From Candidatus Dadabacteria bacterium (lineage in GTDB: Bacteria > Desulfobacterota_D > UBA1144 > Nemesobacterales > CSP1-2), in assembly GCA_963805855.1 (NCBI GenBank), contig CAWDVW010000005.1:704001-768000 (forward strand): a DNA stretch of 64,000 nt, in the 5' to 3' direction. Position 1 is the first letter of the stretch; every line of letters begins with the position of its first letter. Of the stretch, positions 10,741-21,756 are shown piece after piece. The translations under genes and the position numbers were made by a program. The notes below the pieces were generated by a model. The model had not been told where the DNA came from. It was given only the letters and a program-made list of their open reading frames with translations, and searched no databases.

Positions 10741-12003
10741 TTAATCAAACTTACTGAGCAAGACGACGGATTCAATATGAAATGTCTGCGGAAACATATC
10801 AAATGGACGAATCTTCTCAAGCTTATAATCGTTCTCGGTTAAACTCTTTAGATCCCTGGCTAATGTCGATGGATTACAAGACACATAAATCAATCTTTTT
10901 GGTGATAGCCTTAATAAGTCCTCTAAAATATCCCTCGCACCTTCTCTCGGGGGATCCAGGATGATCAGGTCGAATTTGGATCTTTGATGTGAATTAGTCG
11001 CCACGAAAGAAGCAACTGAAGAACACACAAATCTTACATTTTCTATCATATTCGCCTTTGAATTTCTTCGCGCAAGTGATACCGCCGTTTTACTTACATC
11101 AACCCCTAATACCCCGCGTGCACTTTTTGCAAGATGTAGAGAAAAATTGCCAACACCCGAGAACAGATCTAGGACCTCTTCATTGCCCTCGAGCTTAGCC
11201 CAGTCCAAGACAGTACTGACCAGCTGCTCATTAGTTCTACTATTTGCCTGCATGAATATGGATGGAACCGAATTAAATTTGAGACCCAGTGACTCAAACT
11301 GAAATACATGTTCTCCATGATCCTCAAAGCCCAGGTCTTTGAAGGCTTCATTAAGCTCGTGGACCTCTTTTGAACCAGAATAAACATATCCCTCACCCCC
11401 ATTTGGGATACAAGAAAAAGTCACACAAGCCCTCTTACCATCAGAGACAATATTAATTCTGTTAAACGGCAACGAATCATATTCATCTTTTAAGAAGAAT
11501 TCATTTAGGTCCTCTATCTCTGAATTAATTACTTCCGATGCGATAGGACATGCATTAATTGGAACCCTCCTAAATTCTCCTTTCTCATGATAGCCGAGTT
11601 TAAACTTTCGATCTTCCAACCAGGCCGAAAGCGTGACCCTCTCCCTATAGCCATATTCATAAGGAGATGGAACGATTGGCTCAATATTCAATTCCCTGAA
11701 ACCACCTATTCTAACGAGTGTCTCGGCAAGGATTTGCTCTTTAGCCCTTAGCTGAAAAGCGTAATTTATATGCTGCCATTGACATCCACCACATGTTCCG
11801 AAAACAGGACATTTGGGCACAGTCCTCTCTGGAGAGGGTCTTATAATTCTTACTATCCTAGCTTCCGCGAAGGTTCTCTTATCCTTAACAACAGTCACCT
11901 CAAGCAAATCCCCCGGAATTCCGCCACGAACAAAGGTGGCCTTCCCATCGACTCTTGCAAAGCCCAAACCGCCATAAATTAACTTTTCGATTTCTACGAG
12001 CAA
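10741..12003 (-). CDS. RNA (uracil-5)-methyltransferase, RlmD/TrmA family with TRAM domain
   Basis: TRAM N-terminus, CPVFGTCGGC Fe-S motif, LDLFSGVG, DPPR, YVSCNP, DMFPQT.H.E. Confidence 0.92.
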   Translation of the reverse strand: MLVEIEKLIYGGLGFARVDGKATFVRGGIPGDLLEVTVVKDKRTFAEARIVRIIRPSPERTVPKCPVFGTCGGCQWQHINYAFQLRAKEQILAETLVRIGGFRELNIEPIVPSPYEYGYRERVTLSAWLEDRKFKLGYHEKGEFRRVPINACPIASEVINSEIEDLNEFFLKDEYDSLPFNRINIVSDGKRACVTFSCIPNGGEGYVYSGSKEVHELNEAFKDLGFEDHGEHVFQFESLGLKFNSVPSIFMQANSRTNEQLVSTVLDWAKLEGNEEVLDLFSGVGNFSLHLAKSARGVLGVDVSKTAVSLARRNSKANMIENVRFVCSSVASFVATNSHQRSKFDLIILDPPREGARDILEDLLRLSPKRLIYVSCNPSTLARDLKSLTENDYKLEKIRPFDMFPQTFHIESVVLLSKFD

Positions 12004-12398
12004 ATCAAGCCCTTCTCAAAGATTAAACGTAATCAGAGGATCGAAGTTGCAATTCACAAAATGATAACACATTAACCTCAGGCTCTGGCTTGTCCTCACA
12101 CACTGAAGACTTTAACAGGCAAGCATCTTGTTGTCGTCTACAACATCCCGCCGACCCCACGCCGCGTTATAGCAAGACGCTCGGCGCAAGCTCGCCGAGT
12201 GCGATGAATTTTACTGCCACTGGGATGATTAAATTAGCTATCTGTTTACTATTCACTTAGCATAAAAAGGCTGATACAGTAAAGGTCTTACTCCTTGCTT
12301 AAATTGTTTTCTTAAAAATTGAATTTTGATTAAATTATATGCTTATTTAAATTACTTATAGTCAAATACAAAGAGGTAGAATAATTAAGGAGGCAGAG

Positions 12399-12776
12399 AT
12401 GAGGCAAAATGGCTTATCTAAACTTACAGTAAGTTTGATCATCACGACTGTTCTGGCAGGGGCATTATTTATTTCCTTTGAAAATGCCTACTCGGTAGAG
12501 ACTACGTGTGATTTCCAGCACAGGGAATGTTACACAAAAAAGGGCTACCCGGCCTGTTACCACAAATTGGATATCGAAAAGTATTACCAGTTTCTGAATG
12601 AAGGAAACACCGAATTCGCAGATCAAATACTTTCTGATGGCAACAAATGCTTCACTCTCAAAGGTAATGAAAAGGCGTTTATGCTTGGAAAGGGATCCGG
12701 CTATGTTAAATTCGGAATTAGGGGTCAAGATAAAACCTTCTGGTCCCTAAGAGAGGCTCTTGTGTCAAGGCAATAA
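12399..12776 (+). CDS. exported hypothetical protein, 4 Cys
   Basis: SD AAGGAGG, signal peptide ending ENAYS. Confidence 0.75.
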   Translation: MRQNGLSKLTVSLIITTVLAGALFISFENAYSVETTCDFQHRECYTKKGYPACYHKLDIEKYYQFLNEGNTEFADQILSDGNKCFTLKGNEKAFMLGKGSGYVKFGIRGQDKTFWSLREALVSRQ

Positions 12777-12944
12777 CAAGATCCGTACCCTTGAGCAATC
12801 CGAATCGCAGTCTCAAACTCAGTGAGTAATTCTTTAATTAAAGTCATAAGCTAAGCGGGTCACCTTTTCTATATTGCATTTATTTTTAACTAGGTTAGAT
12901 TCTTAATTCAGGAACAAATACATCTCGGAGGCTTCCGGATAAAT

Positions 12945-13430
12945 ATGATCAAGAAATTGCTCATAACTCTAGCACTCATAATGGGTGCCACAACACTCTC
13001 GATGGCAGAAAACTGGGAAAATGTAGGCGATACAAATGCAAGATTTGAGGGGATAGTAAACAATGTCGGAAAGCAAGCGGCTGTCAGGCAAAAGGATGTC
13101 TTAGAGGCGTTTCAAAATTTTGATTATGAAGTATACATAGACACCGATAGCATAAAAGAGACTCGTGATTCTGAAAAAAGTGCTCAGGTTAAGGCTGTTT
13201 TTTTGGAGGAACATGAAATAGCACAAACCGAAAAGAAATTTAAATATGTCCTAGCAGAAATTGCTTTTAACTGTTCTCAAGATGCGATATGGTTCATAAA
13301 TGGAGGAGTGTATGACAATGATGGTAATCTGTTAAGAGATGCGCAAACGGTTTATGTTCCGGTTGTACCATCGAAACTATCAAAAAATTCACTTGAAAGA
13401 TTTATGTGGGAAAAAGTTTGTCTAATGTGA
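12945..13430 (+). CDS. exported hypothetical protein, possibly surface-adhesin E-like
   Basis: signal peptide; YIDTDSI..FNC..YDNDG..VC pattern. Confidence 0.65.
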   Translation: MIKKLLITLALIMGATTLSMAENWENVGDTNARFEGIVNNVGKQAAVRQKDVLEAFQNFDYEVYIDTDSIKETRDSEKSAQVKAVFLEEHEIAQTEKKFKYVLAEIAFNCSQDAIWFINGGVYDNDGNLLRDAQTVYVPVVPSKLSKNSLERFMWEKVCLM

Positions 13431-13782
13431 ATATCTAATTAGTAATTAATATTGGTTGTAATATTAAATCCCCTGATTCCCGGCAATTATTGTATTCCTT
13501 CTTGTCTAATCTGATATTCTTGGAAATAAATATAGAAGCGTTAAATCGTCTATCCGCATTCCGCTACTTTTTTACTTCTTGAATCCCTTAATCAACAACG
13601 TAGATGAATTTTTTGAACACAATAATTAGGTGTAACCAACGCAGCAACCCTATTCTTGTATGAGGCAAAGCAATACACAATTGTAGCGTTTAGCTACTTA
13701 ATTTAGTTAAAATAAGTAATTGGTTTTCCAACAATTTTATATTTATGTTGAAAAACCAAAATGCTAAATCTCAAACCAATCT

Positions 13783-15606
13783 ATGAAACCAATCAAGATC
13801 CATGAGACAGCCTATTTTAATCTACCTACTGAAATCCTCTGGAAATACCTGGCCGATACCGACCAGTTAAATAAAAACATTGGTCTCCCCGATGTCTCCT
13901 TTGTTCCGTTGTCGGAGCCTGTAAGAAAAGGATATTACAACGCTGTGATAAAGTTTCTTGGCGTCAAGATAAAATATGAGGAGTATCCCTTCGATTTTAT
14001 TGCCGGCGATTATTATGAGGTAAAGAGAGGCTTCAAGTCCGGCCCCTTCAAGACAATAGAGGGAGGGGTCAAGCTCTTACCTCAGACTAAAGGCACACGG
14101 CTGAATGTCTACACCATCGTAACGCCGCGAAACTGGATCGGATATATCCTTGCGCACTCGGTGCTCAAAAAGAAGGCCACTCGGGACATAGTTGCCTTCA
14201 TCAGACATCTGGAACAGCAATTTCTTCTGAAACGCGATATTAATTCCATCGCTACCTTAAGACCTCCAGAGATTAACATCGACGAGTTAATTAATCGCTT
14301 GAACAAGCTGAAGAGCTATCCAGTTGATAAGGGTCTAGTCTTCAGGTTAGAAAAATTTCTAAAGTATTCTTCAGATTTAGAGGTCAGAAGAATACGTCCT
14401 TTCGAGCTGGCTTATCAATGGGGACAAGATCCAATGCAACTGCTAAAGTTCTTTCTCTACGCCGCAAAAGCGGGTGTTTTGGATCTAATTTGGCATGTTT
14501 TATGCCCCAATTGCAGAGCGGCCACACAGGAGGTGTCAAATTTGTACGCCCTCAGATCGGATTCTCATTGCTCGACATGTCAGATAAAGTTTGACTCCGA
14601 CTTTTCAAAATCGGTGGAAGCGCTCTTTAGCGTTCATAACTCGGTCAGAGTTGCTCACAATGCTATATACTGCATCGGAGGCCCCGCAAATATGCCCCAA
14701 GTCCAGGCCCAATTCAGACTCGCGCCACACGTGAAGAGAGATGAAAGGGTTACATTGGAAAATGGCAAAGTTAGAATTAGGAGTTATCACTTCAAAGATA
14801 TAACCCGCCGTTCGATCTCGAATGACGAAGAATCACTTTCTCATCTTACGGTTCGTGCCACTCCTGGGGGGCTGGCTGTTGACGATACGATATTAAAAGC
14901 CGGTACGGTCGAAATTCATTTCATAAATGATCTCGATTATGAAATACTTATCGTTATCGAGCACGAGAATTATCTTAAATATACGGCGACAGCCGCACAG
15001 GTAATCACCTTGCAGGAATTTCGAGATCTATTTCCCGGTGTTACGCTATCGCAAGGGGTTCAGATTGCGTTTTCCGATCTGGTCCTTCTCTTCACCGATC
15101 TTAAGGGCTCCACTGCCATGTACGAGACGGTGGGAGATTCAATGGCCTTCGAATTTGTGCAGAATCATTTCAAGTTCATAACCGGGATTGTAAGAAAGTA
15201 TAACGGCGGAATAGTGAAAACAATGGGCGATGCCGTAATGGCCTCTTTTATAAACCCTAAGGATGCGTTTCAAGCTGCACTTGATACGCAGCTAGAATGG
15301 AAATCTTTTATTGAAAGCGCGAATTCTAGTACCAATGTACAACTCAAAATCGGCCTTCATAAAGGAACGGGCTATGCAGTCAATGAAAAAGAGAATCAGG
15401 ACTTTTTCGGGTCTATGGTCAACGAGGCCTCCAGAATCGAATCGAAATCAAGCGGAGGGGATATAGTTTTTTCAAAAGATATACTTGAAGATCCAGGCGT
15501 CAAATTCATTCTAGGCCAAAGAGGACTTACTCCCGAAACCTTTACAACCCGATTAAAGGGATTGGTAGAAAACAGGACTCTCTACCGGGTTCAGGTCCTG
15601 AGTTAG
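13783..15606 (+). CDS. class III adenylate/guanylate cyclase with N-terminal START/SRPBCC-like and DUF5939-like regions
   Basis: LFTDLKGST, VKTMGDAVMA, KIGLH.G, DFFGSMVNEASR; CPNC..CSTC. Confidence 0.85.
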   Translation: MKPIKIHETAYFNLPTEILWKYLADTDQLNKNIGLPDVSFVPLSEPVRKGYYNAVIKFLGVKIKYEEYPFDFIAGDYYEVKRGFKSGPFKTIEGGVKLLPQTKGTRLNVYTIVTPRNWIGYILAHSVLKKKATRDIVAFIRHLEQQFLLKRDINSIATLRPPEINIDELINRLNKLKSYPVDKGLVFRLEKFLKYSSDLEVRRIRPFELAYQWGQDPMQLLKFFLYAAKAGVLDLIWHVLCPNCRAATQEVSNLYALRSDSHCSTCQIKFDSDFSKSVEALFSVHNSVRVAHNAIYCIGGPANMPQVQAQFRLAPHVKRDERVTLENGKVRIRSYHFKDITRRSISNDEESLSHLTVRATPGGLAVDDTILKAGTVEIHFINDLDYEILIVIEHENYLKYTATAAQVITLQEFRDLFPGVTLSQGVQIAFSDLVLLFTDLKGSTAMYETVGDSMAFEFVQNHFKFITGIVRKYNGGIVKTMGDAVMASFINPKDAFQAALDTQLEWKSFIESANSSTNVQLKIGLHKGTGYAVNEKENQDFFGSMVNEASRIESKSSGGDIVFSKDILEDPGVKFILGQRGLTPETFTTRLKGLVENRTLYRVQVLS

Positions 15607-15802
15607 GTGGAATTAAAATGGTCAATCTTATATCTAAATTTACGACATAAGTAAATCTCTAATACCTTTATGAAATGTCGTACCCCCTTGAATTAGATTT
15701 TGTACTCAGAACACCTCTATATTTTCTTATAAAAATAGTAGATACTATTTAATCATGTTAAATCGTTAATTTTTCTTGAATTCAAAAACAAGGAGAGACA
15801 CC

Positions 15803-16609
15803 ATGCCTAAAGTAAAAGCAAATAATATAAATATGAATTATGAAAAACAGGGCACTGGAGAACCCCTAATCCTTATACCCTTTACGAGCGCCGATAATGC
15901 TTGCTACGCGTTTCAACTCCCGGATTATTCCAAGCACTTCGAATGTTTCACGATCGACCCGAGGGGAGCGGGCGAAACTGACAAACCCGGGGGTACCTAT
16001 ACTATCGAGCTATTGGCTGACGATGTTGCTGCTCTTATGCAGGAGTTAGGGATCGAGAGAGCCCATGTAGCGGGAGTCTCCCTGGGAGCGGTGATCGGTA
16101 TTTGGCTCGCGGCAAAATATAGCGAAAGGGTTAAATCCCTATCGATCCATAGCGGATGGACGAAGACCGATCTTTTCTTAAAAACCGCGGTAGAAGGTTG
16201 GCAGGTGATGGCAAAAGCACTTAACAATGTCGCTGAAGCTGTCATCCTGGGCATTTTCCCATGGTGCTTTACGCCATCTCTATATGCGTCAAGACCCGAT
16301 TACATAAATTCCCTCGCTGATTTCGTGAGAAGCAGACCAGCGCAGCCGGTCGACGCCTTTATACAACAGACAGACGCTGTTATATCGCATGACTGTGTGT
16401 CTCAGCTAGGAAAGATTGAAGCCCCTACCCTGATAACCTTCGGTGAGTACGATTTGATATGTTCAACACGCTTTGCCGACCCTATGAAGAATAATATCCG
16501 AGATTCAGAATTATTAGTTTTTAAAGATTGTTCCCATGCTGGGTTGTATGAGAAAACCGAGGAATTCAACCAGAAGACACTGGATTTCTTGATTCGCCAT
16601 TCTGGTTAG
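15803..16609 (+). CDS. alpha/beta-fold hydrolase
   Basis: DPRGAG, GVSLG nucleophile elbow, C-terminal His (CSHAG); SD AAGGAG. Confidence 0.88.
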   Translation: MPKVKANNINMNYEKQGTGEPLILIPFTSADNACYAFQLPDYSKHFECFTIDPRGAGETDKPGGTYTIELLADDVAALMQELGIERAHVAGVSLGAVIGIWLAAKYSERVKSLSIHSGWTKTDLFLKTAVEGWQVMAKALNNVAEAVILGIFPWCFTPSLYASRPDYINSLADFVRSRPAQPVDAFIQQTDAVISHDCVSQLGKIEAPTLITFGEYDLICSTRFADPMKNNIRDSELLVFKDCSHAGLYEKTEEFNQKTLDFLIRHSG

Positions 16610-16642
16610 CAAACAAGGTCTCTCATGCATTTATGTCCAGAA

Positions 16643-17010
16643 TGTAGCGGCGACCTTTAAGAGCATATGGGGTCGCGCATGAATAAATGAGTTATTTTTC
16701 TTTTTGTTACTCGTCCTCTTTGTATTTCAAATTATGCTTATTACTGCCGTCATAATGGATTTCCTATGTCTTGTCCTCTTCCTTCTTTTCATTATCAATT
16801 AGAAGACAAGTGGAGGACTAAGGTCCTCCGGTACATGTCTATTCGCGGCTGGAAGCCGCTCCTACCGTTTCACTCAGGACTCGCGACCCAGGGCTCACGG
16901 TTCCAAATGACACTTTTGTGGATCCCCCGCTAACAATCCGCGGGAATGACAGGAGGGGTAGGCAAATGACCTCTCTGTGGATTCTCGAAAAGAATTTAGA
17001 GTATGACAGA
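16643..17010. repeat. cluster of REP-like palindromes between convergent genes
   Basis: GTAGCGGCGACC..GGTCGC, GGAGGAC-TAAG-GTCCTCC, GCGGCTGGAAGCCGCTCCTAC, CCCGC..GCGGGAATGACA. Confidence 0.65.
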
Positions 17011-17041
17011 GGGTGTTGGATTCCCGATTACTAATTTCGGA

Positions 17042-18046
17042 TTAAACTATAAGCATAGCGTCGCCATAGCTGAGTAGTCGATACCTTTTTTCTATCGCCT
17101 CCTTATAGGCCTTAAAGATAAGTTCCTTTCCTGCGAATGCCGCGACTAACAAAATCAATGAGGACTTTGGTAGATGAAAATTAGTTATCAAAGCGTCAAC
17201 CACTTTAAAGCGAAAGCCTGGATAGATGAAGAGATCCGTAAATCCAGAGGAGGGTCTGACAATTCCCGAATCGTCGACACTCGATTCTAACGCCCTAACG
17301 ACAGTCGTCCCCACAGCAATTACCCTTCTACCCTCTTGCTTTGCCCGGTTAATTGCTCTTGAGGTCTCTTCAGGTATTTCCCTATATTCCTCATGCATAT
17401 GGTGATCTTCTATACGTAGAGTTTTAACAGGTTTGAAGGTCCCAATACCTACATGAAGTGTCAGATAATTTATTTCAACTCCGATTTTTTCCAGCCGGCT
17501 CAATAATTCATCTGAGAAATGAAGACCAGCAGTTGGAGCCGCTATCGCACCGCTTTCTCTCGCATAAACCGTTTGATAATAGACGTTATCGGCCTCTTCA
17601 GGTTCTCTGGTTATATAAGGCGGCAGCGGCATTTTGCCATACCGAACCAAATATTCATCGACTCCACTTCGAAAATCTATAAACCACTCGTCTCTACCAT
17701 CCTTATTTAATTTACCGCTTACCCCCCTATCAAATTTAATCTCCATCCCGTCCTTTGGATTTCTTACGAGACACTTCCATCTGCGCGTATTTATCTTATC
17801 AACCAGGAACACTTCTATCCTTTTCCCAGAATCTCTTTTCCCGTAAAGCCGCGCGGGGATGACCTTTGTGTTATTTAATACTAAGGAGTCTCCCTCACGC
17901 AATAGATCTTCGAGCTCATAGAACTTTCGATGCTGTATATTTCCCCTCCTGTCCACAACCATTAGATTGCAACAATCTCTCCTCTCCTCAGGATAAAAAG
18001 CCACCAAATCAGCAGGCAGATGATAACTGAACTCCTCTGTATTCAT
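17042..18046 (-). CDS. queA: S-adenosylmethionine:tRNA ribosyltransferase-isomerase
   Basis: F.Y.LP N-terminus, NNTKVIPAR, PLPPYI, AAPTAGLHF, TNFH.P.S, SYGDAM. Confidence 0.97.
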   Translation of the reverse strand: MNTEEFSYHLPADLVAFYPEERRDCCNLMVVDRRGNIQHRKFYELEDLLREGDSLVLNNTKVIPARLYGKRDSGKRIEVFLVDKINTRRWKCLVRNPKDGMEIKFDRGVSGKLNKDGRDEWFIDFRSGVDEYLVRYGKMPLPPYITREPEEADNVYYQTVYARESGAIAAPTAGLHFSDELLSRLEKIGVEINYLTLHVGIGTFKPVKTLRIEDHHMHEEYREIPEETSRAINRAKQEGRRVIAVGTTVVRALESSVDDSGIVRPSSGFTDLFIYPGFRFKVVDALITNFHLPKSSLILLVAAFAGKELIFKAYKEAIEKRYRLLSYGDAMLIV

Positions 18047-18095
18047 TTTTTGGAAACCAGACAAGAATTATTTTCTTAAGGAAGTAGTAAGTTCT

Positions 18096-19304
18096 TTATT
18101 TTCTGTTTCGCTCCAATAGCTTTTTCATCGAAAGCCTGAGCGCATTAAGCTTAATGAAGCCGGTCGCATCAGATTGATTGTATACCGAATCTTCTTCAAA
18201 GGTTGCCAGATCCTTCTGATAGAGTGAGAAGCTGGATCTTCTGCCGGCCACAGTTACATTCCCTTTATATATCTTTAACCTTGAAGTACCTGTGACATTT
18301 TTCTGAGACTCTTCAATTGCCGCTCTAATCATTTCCATCTCTGATGAATACCAGAATCCATAATAAATCAACTCCGAAAACTTTGGGGTAAGCGAATCCC
18401 TCAGATGCATCACCTCTCTGTCCATCGTTAGGGACTCCACGGCTCTATGTGCAATTTGCAATATAGTTCCGCCAGGAGTTTCGTAAACCCCTCTTGACTT
18501 TATACCAACAAACCTGTTTTCCACCATATCGACCCTGCCGACTCCGTTCTTTCCACCAATTTCGTTCAATTTATAGAGGAGATCAACTGGAGGGAGATCT
18601 TCGCCATCCAATTTCACCGGAACGCCTTCCTCGAAATCAATATCAATAAACGTGGGCTCATCTGGCGCATCCTCAGGTGAAACAGTCATTTCGAACATAT
18701 CCTCGGGAGGGAGTTGCCACGGATCCTCGAGTACCCCTCCTTCGTAGCTGGTATGAAATAAATTCCTGTCACAGCTGTAAGGTTTCTTGAGAGTTACAGG
18801 AACCGGGATCCCATGCTCCTTTGCATAGGAAATAAGGTCGTTTCTTGATCTTAGATTCCATTGTCTCCACGGGGCTATTACCTGAATCTCTGGATTAATT
18901 GCGTAGTATGTAAGCTCAAATCTAACCTGGTCGTTGCCCTTGCCCGTGGATCCGTGCGCGACAGCGAATGCATTTTCTTTTTCAGCTATTTCCATCTGCC
19001 GCTTAGCAATGAGCGGCCTTGCCAGGGAAGTGCCGAGTAGATAAGTTCCTTCATAAACAGCATTGCCCTTAAGTGCGGTAAACACAAAATCCTTAACAAA
19101 CTCGTCTCTAAGATCCTCAACATAAACCTTCGTTGCGCCTGTCTTTATGGCCTTTTGCTTGATCTCATTAAGATCCTCGCCCTGGCCCAGATCCGCTATG
19201 TATGCAACGACATCGCTCTTATATTCCTCAATAAGCCAGCACAATATTACAGACGTATCAAGCCCGCCCGAGTAAGCAAGAACAATTTTCTCTTTATCTC
19301 TCAT
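18096..19304 (-). CDS. argG: argininosuccinate synthase
   Basis: [31 protein letters not shown]. Confidence 0.98.
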   Translation of the reverse strand: MRDKEKIVLAYSGGLDTSVILCWLIEEYKSDVVAYIADLGQGEDLNEIKQKAIKTGATKVYVEDLRDEFVKDFVFTALKGNAVYEGTYLLGTSLARPLIAKRQMEIAEKENAFAVAHGSTGKGNDQVRFELTYYAINPEIQVIAPWRQWNLRSRNDLISYAKEHGIPVPVTLKKPYSCDRNLFHTSYEGGVLEDPWQLPPEDMFEMTVSPEDAPDEPTFIDIDFEEGVPVKLDGEDLPPVDLLYKLNEIGGKNGVGRVDMVENRFVGIKSRGVYETPGGTILQIAHRAVESLTMDREVMHLRDSLTPKFSELIYYGFWYSSEMEMIRAAIEESQKNVTGTSRLKIYKGNVTVAGRRSSFSLYQKDLATFEEDSVYNQSDATGFIKLNALRLSMKKLLERNRK

Positions 19305-19564
19305 TTCGGATTATTTCCTCCCGCATCGCTTTTTTCGTCTATCCAGGGGAAATCTTCTATTATTCAGATGTAACTCTTTTCTAAAAAACCGCCTAGACAA
19401 AAATTCAATTTTAACTGACCTAAATCAATCCATAACATTTCATAAAAGAACACAGCAGGAACGAAACATTCATATTCATAGTGTAATGAAGAGGTAGTTT
19501 AAAGGCATTTAACCTTACACGACTGGATTACATTGAAATTTTCATTTACGTAAAATTAGTTATC

Positions 19565-19999
19565 CTATTTACCCGGCTCGCGGCTTCCCCTCAGATCATG
19601 TAGGTAAAATCTAACATCTTTATTTTCATAAAATTTCTCTAATGAAAAGCCAATATACTCTAGCTTTTCATCATCGTCTCCCATATATGATGCCCTCTTC
19701 ACCTCGTTTGACAACTTGCAAACTATCGGAATGTCCTCGGCCGGATTTTCGTGTGATATGAACCCTACCTGGAATTCTCCATCGATCTTGAAATCAACAG
19801 GAAGTGCGAAGCCCACAGCTAGTTTTGCATTTATCAACTCAACAACCATTAGTTTTGCCGTAGTACTCCCCCCCGTTGTTTCCGAGCCACCGGTTACTTC
19901 AAACATATAGCCGTAATAGTCTATAGCAATGTCCTTTTCGCCAATCGATTTCAGATACATGTAGTCCTCGGCATCGAGCCAGCACATAATCTGTATCAT
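19565..19999 (-). CDS. hypothetical acidic protein (144 aa)
   Basis: GGAGG SD before ATG 19999; co-oriented with flanking genes. Confidence 0.7.
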   Translation of the reverse strand: MIQIMCWLDAEDYMYLKSIGEKDIAIDYYGYMFEVTGGSETTGGSTTAKLMVVELINAKLAVGFALPVDFKIDGEFQVGFISHENPAEDIPIVCKLSNEVKRASYMGDDDEKLEYIGFSLEKFYENKDVRFYLHDLRGSREPGK

Positions 20000-20074
20000 G
20001 CCTACCTCCAATTGTTTCTTTTAGTTCTCCATGATTAAAATAGGATGATAATAATAACAGCATATTTAATAACA

Positions 20075-20755
20075 CTAAACCAGCCCGATGAAGCTCAGCT
20101 GCCTACCAACCCCTTTACCCTCCCTCCGATAAGAGTGAAAGTCTCCGTTACACATAGTGCAAATATCCATAACTTCAAAATTTGCTACCCCTGCGTCAAG
20201 CAAGTTTCTAGCGTTAGCCATTCTTAAATCAATAAAGTATTTCGAATCATTCTTTTTATACAAAAACTCACTCCATGTTTCGTACTTCTTCATGAACTGG
20301 TTGGCTACCTCTTCGCCAACCTCGTAGCAGCACACACCAATTGATGGCCCTATAGCTGCGGAAATCTTAGAGGACAAGATACCATAATCTTTCTCAATCC
20401 TCTTAATAGTCCTATTCACGATCCCAGAAAGAGTGCCCCTCCAACCAGCGTGCACAGCAGCTACGACTCTTGCTTCCCCATCGACCAGGAGCAAAGGAAC
20501 ACAATCAGCTGTGTAAATACCGACTCCAAGATTCCTCATACTCGTTACAATAGCGTCGCCTACTGTCCTGTTCTCTTTTGTTACTTCATCATTTAGGAGA
20601 AATACAATATCGCTGTGAATCTGCTTTATCGTGTAAATCCTTTTTAGCCCAGAACAGTGTGCGGCATCATCGATATCCCCAATAAAATTCTTGCTTAAGA
20701 ATCCATGAACTACCTTGCCAATATTCGACAAATTTTGTGATATAACGGAATTCAT
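20075..20755 (-). CDS. pgeF: peptidoglycan editing factor / purine nucleoside phosphorylase YfiH family
   Basis: QIHS, TADCVP, HAGWRG, GPSI..CCYEV, SYRR; adjacent to RluD-like gene. Confidence 0.92.
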   Translation of the reverse strand: MNSVISQNLSNIGKVVHGFLSKNFIGDIDDAAHCSGLKRIYTIKQIHSDIVFLLNDEVTKENRTVGDAIVTSMRNLGVGIYTADCVPLLLVDGEARVVAAVHAGWRGTLSGIVNRTIKRIEKDYGILSSKISAAIGPSIGVCCYEVGEEVANQFMKKYETWSEFLYKKNDSKYFIDLRMANARNLLDAGVANFEVMDICTMCNGDFHSYRREGKGVGRQLSFIGLV

Positions 20756-20762
20756 TTATAGG

Positions 20763-21719
20763 TTAATTTTTCTCTTGAAAAAGCCCAATAACGTGCCTCA
20801 AGTCTTCTGCAAGAGGAGCAGAAAACTCCATCATATTCCCCGATCTTGGGTGCTTGAAACACAACTTAGAAGCATGAAGTGCTTGCCTTCCCAACTTCTT
20901 TGAAACATACTCCAAAAAAGGAGTCCCATATCTCTTTGGCCCATACACGTCATCCCCTAAGAGCGGAAATCCATTGTCTGCGAAGTGAACCCTGATCTGA
21001 TGAGTCCTACCGGTCTTCGGTTCAATTTCAACCATAGTGACTTGGTCATATCTTTTTATAATTCTCCAGCTAGTCAAGGCTTCTCTGCCTGTTTTTGTCT
21101 TTGTAGTCATCTTAACCCTATTTGTTGGATGTCTGCTTATGGGAAACGAAAATCTACCTGAGTCTTTCTCTATTTCTCCTGCAACCAGTGCTATATACAT
21201 TTTTTTTACTAGCCTTGCTTTAAACTGGTCGGCAAGGTGCTGATGTGAAAAATCGTTTTTTGCAACCACAATTATTCCGGACGTATTCTTATCGAGTCGA
21301 TGAACTATCCCTGGCCTAATTTTTCCACCAATTCCGGATAGACCATTACATCGGTATAGTAGCGCATTTACCAGGGTCCCATCTCTTATTCCGGCACCCG
21401 GGTGAACCGTTAACCCGGGAGGTTTATTTACCAGAATTATTTCATCGTCCTCATATACAATCGAAATGTTTATATCTTGCGGTTGAACATTCAAAGGTTC
21501 GGGAGGACGGATGACGACGGATATCACCTCACCACCGTTAAGTCTCTTCGAAGGTTTTATAGCCTTACCTTCTACCAGTATGCTTTTTTCACTTATTAGT
21601 CTTCTGATCTGTGATCGAGTAAGATCGGATCGTAGATGGGAAACCGCCATATCTGCTCTCAGTCCAGAAAGACCCTCAGGCACACGAAACACATCAAAAT
21701 TATCCTCTTTTATATTCAT
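20763..21719 (-). CDS. rluD: RluA-family 23S rRNA pseudouridine synthase (RluD-like)
   Basis: S4 domain, NKP.G..VHP, HRLDKNTSG, TGRTHQIRVH. Confidence 0.88.
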   Translation of the reverse strand: MNIKEDNFDVFRVPEGLSGLRADMAVSHLRSDLTRSQIRRLISEKSILVEGKAIKPSKRLNGGEVISVVIRPPEPLNVQPQDINISIVYEDDEIILVNKPPGLTVHPGAGIRDGTLVNALLYRCNGLSGIGGKIRPGIVHRLDKNTSGIIVVAKNDFSHQHLADQFKARLVKKMYIALVAGEIEKDSGRFSFPISRHPTNRVKMTTKTKTGREALTSWRIIKRYDQVTMVEIEPKTGRTHQIRVHFADNGFPLLGDDVYGPKRYGTPFLEYVSKKLGRQALHASKLCFKHPRSGNMMEFSAPLAEDLRHVIGLFQEKN

Positions 21720-21756
21720 AGATATTAGTCTTAATGCTAAACCCTTATTACGAGTA

